This document shows, one piece after another, positions 26,181 to 37,182 of a DNA stretch of 38,022 nucleotides. The stretch comes from Burkholderiales bacterium (GTDB lineage: Bacteria > Pseudomonadota > Gammaproteobacteria > Burkholderiales > JAEUOS01): contig JAYVSR010000135.1 of NCBI GenBank assembly GCA_043775155.1, forward strand, positions 1-38,022. Direction: 5' to 3'. The notes beneath the pieces were generated by a model that worked only from the letters and a program-made list of their open reading frames with translations, was not told the DNA's origin and ran no database searches. Positions within the stretch are counted from its first letter, which is position 1. Each line of letters begins with the position of its first letter. The translations under genes were made by a program, and so were the position numbers.

Positions 26181-27125
26181 GTGCCAGCCGACCAGGATTT
26201 TGTTTCCCTCAACGCCGTCTCGTTCGGCTATCCCACGCTGACCGGCGCGCCGGGGCGGCGTATTTTGGATGGCGTGAACCTGCGTTTGCCGAAAGGCTCG
26301 TTGGTCGCCTTGATGGGCGGCTCGGGCAGCGGCAAGACTACTATTTTGCGGTTACTGGGGGGGCAAGTAAAGCCGCAGACCGGTGCGGTGCAAGTCGGTG
26401 GCCTCGATGTACCGTTGCTCAAGCACGCCGAGTTGTTTGCGCTGCGCCGCCGCATGGGCATGCTGTTTCAGTTCGGTGCCTTGTTCACTGACATGCCAGT
26501 GTTTGAGAACGTCGCATTTCCGCTGCGAGAACATACCTCGTTGCCGGAGAGCGCGATTCGCGATCTGGTGTTGATGAAGCTCCACGCGGTGGGCTTGCGC
26601 GGCGCAGCCGGGTTGATGCCGTCGGAAATTTCTGGCGGCATGGCGCGCCGGGTGGCGTTGGCACGGGCGATTGCACTTGACCCTGAATTGATCATGTACG
26701 ACGAGCCGTTCGCCGGCCTCGACCCGATCTCGCTTGGCATCACCGCCAATTTGATTCGCAGTCTGAATCACTCTCTCGGCGCGACCTCGATCATCGTCAC
26801 TCACGATGTTGAAGAGTCGCTGGAGATCGTGGACTACGTTTACTTTCTGGCCGAGGGCAAGATCGTCGCGCAGGGCACGCCGGATCAAATTCGCGCGTCT
26901 GAATTGCCTTATGTAAAGCAGTTTGTGTCGGGCGCACCAGACGGCCCGGTGCGGTTTCATTACCCGGCTGCTGACTACGCAGCGGATTTGGGTTTGGCGC
27001 GCTCGGTAGCTTCGATGGGTTCGGGTGGTTCGGGTGGTTCAGATGGTTCAGATGGTTCGGATGGGTCGACCAGTGCGCCGCCCGGCAACTCCAACGCCGC
27101 CGCCGCCGGTCAGGTGCCGCGATGA
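26181..27125 (+). CDS. mlaF: Phospholipid ABC transporter ATP-binding protein MlaF
   Basis: [53 protein letters not shown]. Start moved to GTG 26181. Confidence 0.95.
   Translation: MPADQDFVSLNAVSFGYPTLTGAPGRRILDGVNLRLPKGSLVALMGGSGSGKTTILRLLGGQVKPQTGAVQVGGLDVPLLKHAELFALRRRMGMLFQFGALFTDMPVFENVAFPLREHTSLPESAIRDLVLMKLHAVGLRGAAGLMPSEISGGMARRVALARAIALDPELIMYDEPFAGLDPISLGITANLIRSLNHSLGATSIIVTHDVEESLEIVDYVYFLAEGKIVAQGTPDQIRASELPYVKQFVSGAPDGPVRFHYPAADYAADLGLARSVASMGSGGSGGSDGSDGSDGSTSAPPGNSNAAAAGQVPR
27018..27068 (+). repeat. 9-bp in-frame minisatellite in the mlaF tail
   Basis: ggttcgggt x2, ggttcagat x2, ggttcggat, gggtcg; encodes [17 protein letters not shown]. Confidence 0.88.
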
Positions 27126-27898
27126 TGCAAGCCGTCGCAAAACTCGGCGCCGCGATCGTCGATAGCGTGGTCAAACTCGGCTACGGCGCGCGCCTGTTTG
27201 CGCTGTTGTTGGCGCAGTCCGGCACGGCATTCCGGCGTCTGCGCCTGACGATTGCGCAGACCCATTTCATTGGCAATTACTCCCTCGTCATCATCGTCGT
27301 GTCGGGCTTGTTCGTCGGCTTTGTGCTTGGCCTTCAGGGTTACAACACCTTGCAGCGCTATGGCTCAGAGCAGGCGCTCGGCTTGCTGGTGGCGCTGTCC
27401 TTGGTGCGCGAGCTCGGCCCGGTGATTACCGCCCTGTTGTTTGCGGGTCGCGCCGGCACCTCGATCACCGCCGAAATCGGGCTGATGAAAGCCGGCGAGC
27501 AACTGTCGGCGATGGAGATGATGGCAGTGTCCCCCATCGCCCGCGTGCTGGCGCCGCGCTTTTGGGCCGGCGTGATTTCGATGCCGCTGCTGGCAGCGAT
27601 GTTTTCTGCCGTCGGTGTGGTCGGTGGTTACGTTGTCGGCGTGGTGTTGATCGGTGTCGACGAGGGCTCGTTCTGGAGCCAAATGCAGGGCGGCGTCGAT
27701 TGGCTGCAAGACGTCGGCAATGGCGTGGTCAAGAGCATCGTGTTCGGTATTGCCGTGACCTACATCGCGGTTTTCGAGGGCTACGACTGCCACCCAACAC
27801 CCGAAGGTGTCTCGCGCGCAACAACCCGAACCGTTGTTACTTCATCTTTGGCGGTACTGGGGTTAGACTTCATCCTCACCGCGCTAATGTTCACCTAA
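27122..27898 (+). CDS. mlaE: Lipid asymmetry ABC transporter permease MlaE
   Basis: [35 protein letters not shown]. Confidence 0.97.
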   Translation: MMQAVAKLGAAIVDSVVKLGYGARLFALLLAQSGTAFRRLRLTIAQTHFIGNYSLVIIVVSGLFVGFVLGLQGYNTLQRYGSEQALGLLVALSLVRELGPVITALLFAGRAGTSITAEIGLMKAGEQLSAMEMMAVSPIARVLAPRFWAGVISMPLLAAMFSAVGVVGGYVVGVVLIGVDEGSFWSQMQGGVDWLQDVGNGVVKSIVFGIAVTYIAVFEGYDCHPTPEGVSRATTRTVVTSSLAVLGLDFILTALMFT

Positions 27899-27929
27899 GC
27901 ACACACCTCAGTCGCAAGTCTGGACCACC

Positions 27930-28487
27930 ATGAACCGAAAATTAGTCGATGTCTGGGTAGGATTGTTCGTCATCGCGGGCTTCGCCGCGGTATTGCTGCT
28001 GGCGCTCAAAGCGGGCAATCTGGCGTCGTTCAATTTTTCCGAGACGTATGAAGTACTCGCCAAATTTGATAATATCGGTGGATTAAAGCCCCGCGCGGCC
28101 GTCAAAAGCGCGGGCGTGGTGGTCGGGCGGGTATCAAAAATCAGTTTTGATGACCAGACTTACGAGGCGATTGTCTATCTGGCAATGGAGAAAAAATACA
28201 GTTTTCCGAAGGACACCTCGGCCAAAATTTTGACCGCAGGTTTGTTGGGTGAGCAGTACCTCGGGTTAGAAGCTGGCGGCGATAGCGCAAAATTGGCGGA
28301 CGGTAGCAAGATTAAAGTGACGCAATCGGCGATCGTGCTGGAAAACTTGATCAGCCAGTTTTTGTATAGCAAGGCGGCGGACGGCAAACCCGCCGAAGGT
28401 GGTGCGGCAGGTAGTACAGCGGGCAGCGCGTCCGGTGGCGGAAACGGCGCAGCGAAAGACAACAGCGGAACCAAGGACAGGAAATGA
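27930..28487 (+). CDS. mlaD: MCE-domain protein MlaD
   Basis: WVGLFV, FDNIGGLK...GVVVGRV, ILTAGLLGEQYLGL. Confidence 0.96.
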   Translation: MNRKLVDVWVGLFVIAGFAAVLLLALKAGNLASFNFSETYEVLAKFDNIGGLKPRAAVKSAGVVVGRVSKISFDDQTYEAIVYLAMEKKYSFPKDTSAKILTAGLLGEQYLGLEAGGDSAKLADGSKIKVTQSAIVLENLISQFLYSKAADGKPAEGGAAGSTAGSASGGGNGAAKDNSGTKDRK

Positions 28488-29395
28488 ACGCGATTTTTTG
28501 GTCGAAATTTAAATCCGCAGCGCTTGCGCTGATGTTCGCTGCGATTGCGGGCGGCTGCGCGTCGAGCAACACCCCAGGTGACCCGTTCGAGGGTTTTAAC
28601 CGCGCCATGTTTGGCTTTAATGAGGGCGTAGACAACGCCGTCCTCAAGCCGATTGCTACCGGTTATCGCGCGGTGATGCCGGAGCCGGCCCGCGAATGCG
28701 TTGGCAACGTGTTCTCCAACATCAACGATGTGTTTGTTGCCGTCAACAGCTTGTTGCAGGGCAAAGTGGGCGATGCCGTATCCGATGCTTGCCGTGTTCT
28801 GGTCAATTCGACTGTCGGTCTGTTGGGCTGCATAGACGTGGGCTCAAAAATTGGCCTGGAAAAACACAATCGTGATTTCGGCCAGACGTTTGGTAAATGG
28901 GGCATCGGCAGCGGGCCGTATCTGGTGCTGCCGATCCTCGGGCCGTCGAATCTCCGTGATGGTCTGGCGTCGGTGATTTATTCGAGTCTTGATCCGGTGT
29001 GGGCCAATCACATTCCAACCCGCAACGTCGCCTACAGTCTGCGCGCGGTGAACCGCCGCTCTGAGTTGTTGACCGCATCGAGCGCGATTGAAGACGCAGC
29101 TCTCGACAAATATGCGTTTGTGCGCGATGCGTATAGCCAGCGCCGTCAGAGTTTGATCAACGACGACGACAACAAGGCGTCCAAGGCTTCTGATGCGGCT
29201 GATGGCCCGCTGCCGTTGGCGTTCCAGCCTCCTGGCATTGCTCCGGTGGTGCCTGTCGCCCCAGTGGCTGCGCAGCCCGCACCGCCTGCGCATGTTTGGC
29301 TGGATGAGGCAAATCAGCGCGGCGGGCGCGGTGGCATTGGGAAATCAGCCACTAATGCGCCGGTTCGTATCGCTGGCCTAAAACCTGCGCTGTAA
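28484..29395 (+). CDS. mlaA: VacJ/MlaA lipoprotein
   Basis: Lipobox AGGC, DPFEGFNRAMF, DFGQTFG, GPYLVLPILGPS; Pro/Ala-rich tail. Confidence 0.94.
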   Translation: MNAIFWSKFKSAALALMFAAIAGGCASSNTPGDPFEGFNRAMFGFNEGVDNAVLKPIATGYRAVMPEPARECVGNVFSNINDVFVAVNSLLQGKVGDAVSDACRVLVNSTVGLLGCIDVGSKIGLEKHNRDFGQTFGKWGIGSGPYLVLPILGPSNLRDGLASVIYSSLDPVWANHIPTRNVAYSLRAVNRRSELLTASSAIEDAALDKYAFVRDAYSQRRQSLINDDDNKASKASDAADGPLPLAFQPPGIAPVVPVAPVAAQPAPPAHVWLDEANQRGGRGGIGKSATNAPVRIAGLKPAL

Positions 29396-29463
29396 TTTTG
29401 CCGTTTTGGCGCTGAACGTGGTGCCGGGTGCATCGCATGGATATGCTTGAGATGAGAGCCACA

Positions 29464-30096
29464 ATGCGATTTAAAAAAATGATCTGGATGGCGCTGGCCG
29501 GCTTTGCCGCTGGCGCAATGCACTCCGCTGCCTGCGCCCAGGAAGCGCCAGACGCATTGATCAAGCGCGTGGTGGACGATGTCACCTCGGCGCTCAAGTC
29601 TGACCGCACGATTCAGTCTGACCGGAGCAAAATCAACGCGCTGGTGGATGCCAAGATTGCCCCCTCGGTTAATTTTTCCCGGATGACGCAGTCCGCCGTG
29701 GGCCGCCACTGGCAGCGCGCCACCCCGGAGCAGCAAGCCGCGCTGACGCGCGAGTTCAAAGCCTTGCTGACCAACACGTATGCTTACGCCTTCGCCGAAT
29801 ACAAACCCGACACCGTGATTGATTACCGCCCGCTCCGCATGCAGGCCGGTGAGACTGACGCGGTGGTCAAGTCATTGATCAAAACCGGCGGTGGACGTGA
29901 ACCGATCCAGATCGACTATTACGTTGAAAAAGGCGATAGCGGCTGGAAAGTGGTTGACCTCAATGTGCTCGGCGTGCGCATGGTCGAAACCTACAAAAAC
30001 ACCTTCAACGCCGAGATCAACAGCGGCGGCGTTGAGGGCCTGATCAAAAGCCTGGCGTCGAAGAACAAATCGATCGAAGCCCGGAACAAGTCCTGA
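29464..30096 (+). CDS. mlaC: Periplasmic phospholipid-binding protein MlaC (Ttg2D)
   Basis: Signal peptide, VGRHWQRATPEQQ, WKVVDLNVLGV. Start moved to ATG 29464. Confidence 0.93.
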   Translation: MRFKKMIWMALAGFAAGAMHSAACAQEAPDALIKRVVDDVTSALKSDRTIQSDRSKINALVDAKIAPSVNFSRMTQSAVGRHWQRATPEQQAALTREFKALLTNTYAYAFAEYKPDTVIDYRPLRMQAGETDAVVKSLIKTGGGREPIQIDYYVEKGDSGWKVVDLNVLGVRMVETYKNTFNAEINSGGVEGLIKSLASKNKSIEARNKS

Positions 30097-30102
30097 GCCG
30101 CG

Positions 30103-30363
30103 ATGGCCTTCACCGTTCCTGCCCGCGTGCTGCTCGATGATGCTGCTGGCGTGATGCAAGCCGGTGGCGCGGCAGTCGCGGCGGGTGAAAACCAAATAGA
30201 TCTGACGGCGGTCACGCAATCGGATTCGAGTTTGCTCGCCTGCCTGCTGGCCTGGCGGCGCGCCGCACAGAATGCCGGCCGGACACTTGCAGTGCTCAAT
30301 CCTCCCGCCAGCTTGCGTGGGTTGGCATTGCTCTACGGGCTTGAGGCAATCGCGCTCGAATAG
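30103..30363 (+). CDS. mlaB: STAS-domain protein MlaB
   Basis: IDLTAVTQSDSSLLACLLAW, LALLYGL; synteny. Confidence 0.88.
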   Translation: MAFTVPARVLLDDAAGVMQAGGAAVAAGENQIDLTAVTQSDSSLLACLLAWRRAAQNAGRTLAVLNPPASLRGLALLYGLEAIALE

Positions 30364-30424
30364 CCGGTTGGTGCCAGTTGTTTAATCACGGGCAGCGTGA
30401 AGCTGCCCGAATCATTTTTGGGCT

Positions 30425-31360
30425 ATGTCACAAGCTGCCGTTCCTGCCATCGAAGTCCGCGAGTTGACCAAACGCTTCGGCACCGGCACTAGTGCGGTAC
30501 ACGCGCTAAACAGCGTCAGCCTCAGTGTCGAACAGGGCGAATTTTTCGGCTTGCTCGGGCCGAACGGGGCCGGCAAGACCACACTCATCAGCACCGTCGC
30601 TGGCCTCACGCGGGCGGGCAGCGGCAGCGCCACCGTGATGGGGCATGATGTAGTCAGCGCCTATCGTCAGAGCCGCCGCAGTCTCGGTGTGGTGCCGCAA
30701 GAGCTGGTTTTCGACCCGTTCTTCACGGTGCGCGAGACCCTGCGAATTCAGTCCGGCTATTTCGGTTTGCGCAACAACGATGCCTGGATTGATGAAGTGA
30801 TGGACCACCTCGATCTCACCGGCAAAGCCGACGCCAACATGCGCGCGCTCTCGGGCGGCATGAAGCGCCGCGTGCTGGTGGCGCAGGCCTTGGTGCATCG
30901 CCCGCCGGTGATCATTCTCGATGAGCCGACCGCCGGGGTGGACGTCGAATTGCGCCAGACCTTGTGGAAGTTCATCGCCGGGCTGAACCGCGCCGGCCAC
31001 ACCATCGTGCTGACCACCCATTACCTTGAAGAAGCCGAAAGCCTGTGCGGGCGCATCGCTATGTTGAAAGGCGGGCGCGTCGTTGCGCTGGATAAAACCG
31101 CTGATCTATTGAAGCGCCACGCCGGCGCATTTTTGCGCGTCAAGTTTCAAGGCGCGCTGCCGGCAGCGCTCGCCGCACTCGCGCCAGCCGAAGCGGCCGG
31201 CTCCTACCGGTTTTGCCTCGCCAATTACGATGAAGTCGATGGCGTGCTCGCGCCCTTGCGCGCCGCCGGCTTGCATATCGAAGAGATGGAAGTGCAGTCG
31301 CCCGATCTCGAAGACGTGTTTATTCAGGTGATGAGCGAGCATCAGGGAGCGCCAAAATGA
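30425..31360 (+). CDS. ABC transporter ATP-binding protein (YadG-like)
   Basis: [40 protein letters not shown]. Confidence 0.93.
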   Translation: MSQAAVPAIEVRELTKRFGTGTSAVHALNSVSLSVEQGEFFGLLGPNGAGKTTLISTVAGLTRAGSGSATVMGHDVVSAYRQSRRSLGVVPQELVFDPFFTVRETLRIQSGYFGLRNNDAWIDEVMDHLDLTGKADANMRALSGGMKRRVLVAQALVHRPPVIILDEPTAGVDVELRQTLWKFIAGLNRAGHTIVLTTHYLEEAESLCGRIAMLKGGRVVALDKTADLLKRHAGAFLRVKFQGALPAALAALAPAEAAGSYRFCLANYDEVDGVLAPLRAAGLHIEEMEVQSPDLEDVFIQVMSEHQGAPK

Positions 31361-32157
31361 ATCCGTCCGCCGTGAACCCCGTACCCATCGCCATCTCCAC
31401 CGGCAGCGGCTTCCAGACCCTGCTCTACAAAGAACTCTTGCGCTTCTGGAAAGTCAGCGCGCAGACCGTCACCGCGCCAGTGATCACGGCAGTGCTGTAT
31501 CTGTTGATCTTCTCCCACGTCTTGCAAGACCGGGTGCAGGTCTACCCCGGTGTCAACTACACCGCGTTTTTGGTGCCCGGCCTGATCATGATGTCGGTGT
31601 TGCAGAACGCGTTTGCCAACGCATCGTCTTCATTGATTCAATCAAAGATCACCGGCAATCTGGTGTTCGTGTTGCTGCCGCCGATTTCGCATTTTGAGTT
31701 TTTTGCCGCTTACGTGATTGCCGCCATCGTGCGCGGCTTGTCGGTCGGCCTTGGTGTGTTTTTGGTCACGCTATTGTTCGCCCTGCCGCCGGTCAAAGCA
31801 CCGTGGTGGATTCTCACGTTTGCGGTGATGGGGAGCGCGTTTCTTGGCGCTTTCGGTTTGCTCGCTGGTATTTGGGCGGAGAAGTTCGATCACATCGCCG
31901 CGTTCCAGAACTTTTTTATTCTGCCCGCCACCTTCCTCTCGGGCGTGTTCTACTCGATCCACTCGCTGCCGCCGGTATGGCAGACGGTGTCACATTGCAA
32001 CCCGTTTTTTTACATGATTGATGGTTTTCGCCACGGCTTTTTCGGGCAAAGTGATGTCTCGCCTTGGCTGTCGCTGGGGATTGTTGCGGCCTGCTTGGGC
32101 GTCGTCACCGGATTGATTCTGTGGATTCTGGAGCGTGGGTACAAAATTAGGCACTGA
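31357..32157 (+). CDS. ABC-2 permease (YadH-like)
   Basis: KELLRFWK, PGLIMM, TFLSGVFYS, NPFFYMIDGFR. Confidence 0.93.
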   Translation: MNPSAVNPVPIAISTGSGFQTLLYKELLRFWKVSAQTVTAPVITAVLYLLIFSHVLQDRVQVYPGVNYTAFLVPGLIMMSVLQNAFANASSSLIQSKITGNLVFVLLPPISHFEFFAAYVIAAIVRGLSVGLGVFLVTLLFALPPVKAPWWILTFAVMGSAFLGAFGLLAGIWAEKFDHIAAFQNFFILPATFLSGVFYSIHSLPPVWQTVSHCNPFFYMIDGFRHGFFGQSDVSPWLSLGIVAACLGVVTGLILWILERGYKIRH

Positions 32158-32199
32158 GTCAGCCGCTAAGTTAGTCGCTCAGTACGCCACTCAGTAAGC
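32152..32199. repeat. 4 x 12-bp degenerate tandem repeat starting at the permease stop
   Basis: cactgagtcagc / cgctaagttagt / cgctcagtacgc / cactcagtaagc. Confidence 0.6.
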
Positions 32200-32268
32200 A
32201 ACGGACTACGCCACTGGCAAGGCGCAGCATTGAAAAGTTGGCAGCGCCAACTACCGAAAGGAATCGAA

Positions 32269-32505
32269 ATGGTCACCCCCGAATACGTAAAACAACTCAT
32301 CACCGCCGGTCTCGCCTGTGATCACCTCGAGGTGAGCGGCGATGGCGCGCACTTTGAGGCGGTCATCGTCAGCAGCGCGTTCGATGGCAAGTCGCGCGTG
32401 GCGCGGCACCAGATCGTCAACCGCGCGCTCGGCAGCCAGATGGGGAATGAGATTCACGCGCTGTCGATGAAAACGCTCACGCCTGCCGAGTGGAACCAGG
32501 GTTGA
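32269..32505 (+). CDS. ibaG: BolA/IbaG family protein
   Basis: GDGAHFEAVIVS, RVARHQIV, EIHALSMKTLTPAEW; upstream of murA. Start moved to ATG 32269. Confidence 0.9.
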   Translation: MVTPEYVKQLITAGLACDHLEVSGDGAHFEAVIVSSAFDGKSRVARHQIVNRALGSQMGNEIHALSMKTLTPAEWNQG

Positions 32506-32550
32506 AACAAGCGCTGAAACAAGCGCTGAAACAAGTGCCGAAACAAGGGC
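32503..32550. repeat. 4 x 12-bp tandem repeat starting at the bolA stop
   Basis: tgaaacaagcgc x2, tgaaacaagtgc, cgaaacaagggc, with degenerate flanking copies. Confidence 0.9.
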
Positions 32551-32553
32551 TGA

Positions 32554-33915
<1,362 letters not shown>

Positions 33916-33933
33916 CAGTTCCAAAAGCAACCC

Positions 33934-36291
33934 ATGGCGCAACCGGACCTCAGCAATCTTGATCCTGGCACCATCATCGACACGGGGGCCGGGGCGAGTG
34001 TTTACGCCGCCTCACCAAAGATCGAGGTCGCCAAGCCTGCTGCATTCCAATATCTCAAAGGCGACTTGGCCGGCGGCATCACCTCGGGCGTGGTCGCCTT
34101 GCCGCAGACCATCACCATCGGCGCGCTGGCGTTCGCGCCGCTTGGTGCCGAGTACGTCACCTTCGGCATCCTCGCCGGTTTTTACTGTGCCATCGTCTCA
34201 GGCGCTCTGGTAGCGGCTTTCGGCGGTACGCGCTTTGGTTTGGGCGGGCCGCGCTCGTCGTTTTCGCTGGTGATGGCCTTGATTGTCTCGGCCCTGATCG
34301 CGCGCGAAATCGAAGCTGTCGGCGCAGGTCTTGCTCTGTCCGATGCCAGCACCGCACGTGTGCTGGTGGTGAGCTTTCTCTGCGTTACGCTGGCCGGCGT
34401 GATGCAAGTGGTGTTTGGCCTGATCGGTGCCGGCTCTTACATCAAGTTCATTCCACATCCGGTGGTGGCGGGCTTCATGAACGGCCTGGCGTTTCTTGTG
34501 CTGGTCTCGCAAATGCCGGTGCTGCTCGGTTTGAACCGCCGCATCGACTGGTGGGATGTGCGTGCCGTGTTCGACGCCCTGCAGCCAGAAACCGCGTTGA
34601 TCGCGGTCATCACGATGGCGGCGATCTGGCGCGTCAACCTGCGCTGGCCAAAGTTTCCCGGTGCGATTGCCGGTGCCATCATCGGTACCGCGTGTTACTA
34701 CCTGATGCAGCGCTACTGGCCAGCTGCCTACCTGCATCTGCTCGACATCGGCCCGGTGGTCGGAGACATACCTGCCAAGTTTCCCGCGCCGGTGTACGCG
34801 AAAGAATTTGTGAATGCCGCGTTCGATATGGATACCTGGCAGGCAGTATGGACGGTAGCACCGTCGATCGCCGTGTTGGCGATCCTTGGCGCGCTGGAGT
34901 CCCTGATGTGCGCGGTGGCGGTCGGCCAGATCAGCGGGCGGCGGCCTGAGGCAAATAAAGAACTGGTGGCGCAAGGCGCATCGAACATCGCCGGTAGCTT
35001 GTTCGGCGCGGTGTTCGGCGGCTCGACCGGCTCGCGCACCTTGCTCAACTATCGCGCCGGCGGGCGCACGCGCCTTTCCGGTTTTATTCACGTCGCGGTG
35101 ACGCTGCTGGCCTTGATGACGGCGCAATACTGGGTCGCCTATCTGCCGCATGTCGTGCTCTCCGCCGTGCTCACCTACATCGCCTTCACCATGTTCGACG
35201 GCTGGACCCGGCAGATCGTGCTGCGCATGCGCCACCGCAATGTGCATCGTGAGGTCACCACCAACTTCGCCATCGTCGCGCTGGTTACGATTGCCACCGT
35301 TGCGTTTAATTTGGTCGCAGGCGTGATCGCGGGCTTCATCGCGACGGTGATTGTGTTTCTCGGCAAGAGCAGTAAAGCGGTGGTGCGCTCGACCCAGCGC
35401 GGCGACCGGCGGCACTCGCTCAAGCTGCGCAACTCCGAGAAGACCGCTTATCTGCGCGAACACGGCGCGCGCATTTTGTTGTTCGAACTCGATGGCACGC
35501 TGTTTTTCGGCACCGCCGATCAGCTCGCGCTCGAAGTCGAGCAACTCACGCCAACCGCCGACTACATTATTTTTGATTGCCGCCGCGTCACCGAGTTCGA
35601 TGCTACCGGCGCGCATATTCTGGAGCAGATCGGCGCGCGTCTCGCCAAGCAGCGCAAGCACGCGGTACTCTCGCATGTGATCGCATCTGACCCGCACGGC
35701 CAGTTCTTGGCCGGCATGGGCCTCGGTGCAGCGATTCCGCAAGAGCAGTGGTTCTCCGACTCCGACTACGCGCTGGAGTGGTGTGAAAACCAATTGCTCG
35801 CGCGCGAGTTTGCGGATGACGAGACGCGCTTCGAGCTGCCGTTGGAGCGCCTCGGCATCGCGCGCGAATGCGACGCTGCCGAGCTCGCGCTGCTCAAGCA
35901 AAGCCTCCAGCGTCACGAGTTCAACCAAGGCGAGTATTTGTTCCGCGAGGGCGACGCCGGTGACACGCTCTATGTGCCGGTGCGTGGCAGTATCAGCATC
36001 ACCTTGCCGATCAAAGGTCGGGTTGAAACCCAAAAGCTTGAAACCAAGCGCCTGGTCACCCTCAGCCCCGGCGTGATGTTCGGCGAGATGGTGCTGATCG
36101 AAACCCGCCCGCGCTCAGCCGATGCGGTAGCTGATGAGTACTCGGTGGTGTACGGATTGAAGCGCGATGTGCTTGATGCCTTGCGCATCGAGCATCCTGG
36201 GCTCGCGGGCAAGCTGCTGTTCAACATCAGCCGTTTGCTGGCAGAGCGATTGCGAACGACGACGGAAGAGTTGCGGGCAGCGGCGGCTTAG
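33934..36291 (+). CDS. SulP/SLC26 family transporter with STAS and C-terminal cyclic nucleotide-binding domain
   Basis: GDLAGGITSGVVALPQ, IKFIPHPVVAGFMNG, NKELVAQG, LDGTLFFGTA (STAS), LFREGDAGD and FGEMVLIETRPRSADA (cNMP). Confidence 0.92.
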   Translation: MAQPDLSNLDPGTIIDTGAGASVYAASPKIEVAKPAAFQYLKGDLAGGITSGVVALPQTITIGALAFAPLGAEYVTFGILAGFYCAIVSGALVAAFGGTRFGLGGPRSSFSLVMALIVSALIAREIEAVGAGLALSDASTARVLVVSFLCVTLAGVMQVVFGLIGAGSYIKFIPHPVVAGFMNGLAFLVLVSQMPVLLGLNRRIDWWDVRAVFDALQPETALIAVITMAAIWRVNLRWPKFPGAIAGAIIGTACYYLMQRYWPAAYLHLLDIGPVVGDIPAKFPAPVYAKEFVNAAFDMDTWQAVWTVAPSIAVLAILGALESLMCAVAVGQISGRRPEANKELVAQGASNIAGSLFGAVFGGSTGSRTLLNYRAGGRTRLSGFIHVAVTLLALMTAQYWVAYLPHVVLSAVLTYIAFTMFDGWTRQIVLRMRHRNVHREVTTNFAIVALVTIATVAFNLVAGVIAGFIATVIVFLGKSSKAVVRSTQRGDRRHSLKLRNSEKTAYLREHGARILLFELDGTLFFGTADQLALEVEQLTPTADYIIFDCRRVTEFDATGAHILEQIGARLAKQRKHAVLSHVIASDPHGQFLAGMGLGAAIPQEQWFSDSDYALEWCENQLLAREFADDETRFELPLERLGIARECDAAELALLKQSLQRHEFNQGEYLFREGDAGDTLYVPVRGSISITLPIKGRVETQKLETKRLVTLSPGVMFGEMVLIETRPRSADAVADEYSVVYGLKRDVLDALRIEHPGLAGKLLFNISRLLAERLRTTTEELRAAAA

Positions 36292-36486
36292 ATAGCGCAT
36301 CGAAATCTTCGTAGGCTGTGTCGCCAAGATTGGCTCTAGGAGCGCCTCTTGTGGAAACGACCCACGTAGAAGCGCATGAACAGGGCCTCTCCGGGCAGTG
36401 CCTTGGTGCGATTTTTACAGATGGCGCGAAGCCCTGAGGTAAAATAGTGTCTTTATCCAGCAGCGAATTTCAGCCGCGCCCGCCAC

Positions 36487-37137
36487 GTGATTACCCTCGC
36501 CCTCTCCAAGGGCCGCATCTTTGAAGAGACGCTGCCGCTCCTCTCCGCCGCCGGCATTACCGTCACCGACGACCCGGAAACATCGCGCAAGCTGATTCTC
36601 GGCACCAACCGTGATGACGTGCGCATCATCATCGTGCGCGCGTCCGATGTGCCGACCTATGTGCTCTATGGTGCGGCGGATCTCGGCGTTGCCGGTTACG
36701 ACGTGCTGCTCGAACACGACGCGCGCCACGGCATTGAGGGGCTCTATCGCCCGGTCGATCTGAACATCGCGCGCTGCCGCATGATGGTGGCGACGTCGGA
36801 AGGTTTTGATTATGAAAACGCCGTGCGCTCCGGCGCGCGCATCCGCGTAGCGACAAAGTACGTTGATACAGCGCGCGAACACTTCGCGGCCAAAGGTATG
36901 CACGTGGACTTGATCAAGCTCTACGGCTCGATGGAGTTGGCGCCGCTGGTTGGCCTGGCCGATGCCATCGTCGATATGGTCTCGACTGGCAGCACGCTTA
37001 AGGCAAACAAGCTGGTCGCGGTTGAGGAGGTGTGCGAAGTCTCGGCGCGCCTTGTCGTTAATCAAGCGGCGTTGAAGGTCAAGCGAGTGCAGGTGCAGGC
37101 GCTAATTGATGCGTTTGAGCAAGCGGTCACGGCCTAG
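36487..37137 (+). CDS. hisG: ATP phosphoribosyltransferase, short form
   Basis: [44 protein letters not shown]; 216 aa, so HisZ-dependent type. Confidence 0.97.
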   Translation: MITLALSKGRIFEETLPLLSAAGITVTDDPETSRKLILGTNRDDVRIIIVRASDVPTYVLYGAADLGVAGYDVLLEHDARHGIEGLYRPVDLNIARCRMMVATSEGFDYENAVRSGARIRVATKYVDTAREHFAAKGMHVDLIKLYGSMELAPLVGLADAIVDMVSTGSTLKANKLVAVEEVCEVSARLVVNQAALKVKRVQVQALIDAFEQAVTA

Positions 37138-37182
37138 CGTTACTGGTTGACTGTCGCGTCTTTAGAGAACTCAATTTACGCC

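Noticed and set aside
32503-32550. Repeat array as a possible CRISPR
   Set aside because: 12-bp units with no spacers and no cas genes.
34198-36033. 611-aa antisense ORF
   Set aside because: Lies wholly opposite the SulP gene; typical GC-rich shadow frame with no recognisable motifs.
36292-36486. his leader/attenuator or riboswitch before hisG
   Set aside because: No His-codon leader peptide and only short weak stems; a TAAAAT at 36440-36445 lacks a properly spaced -35.
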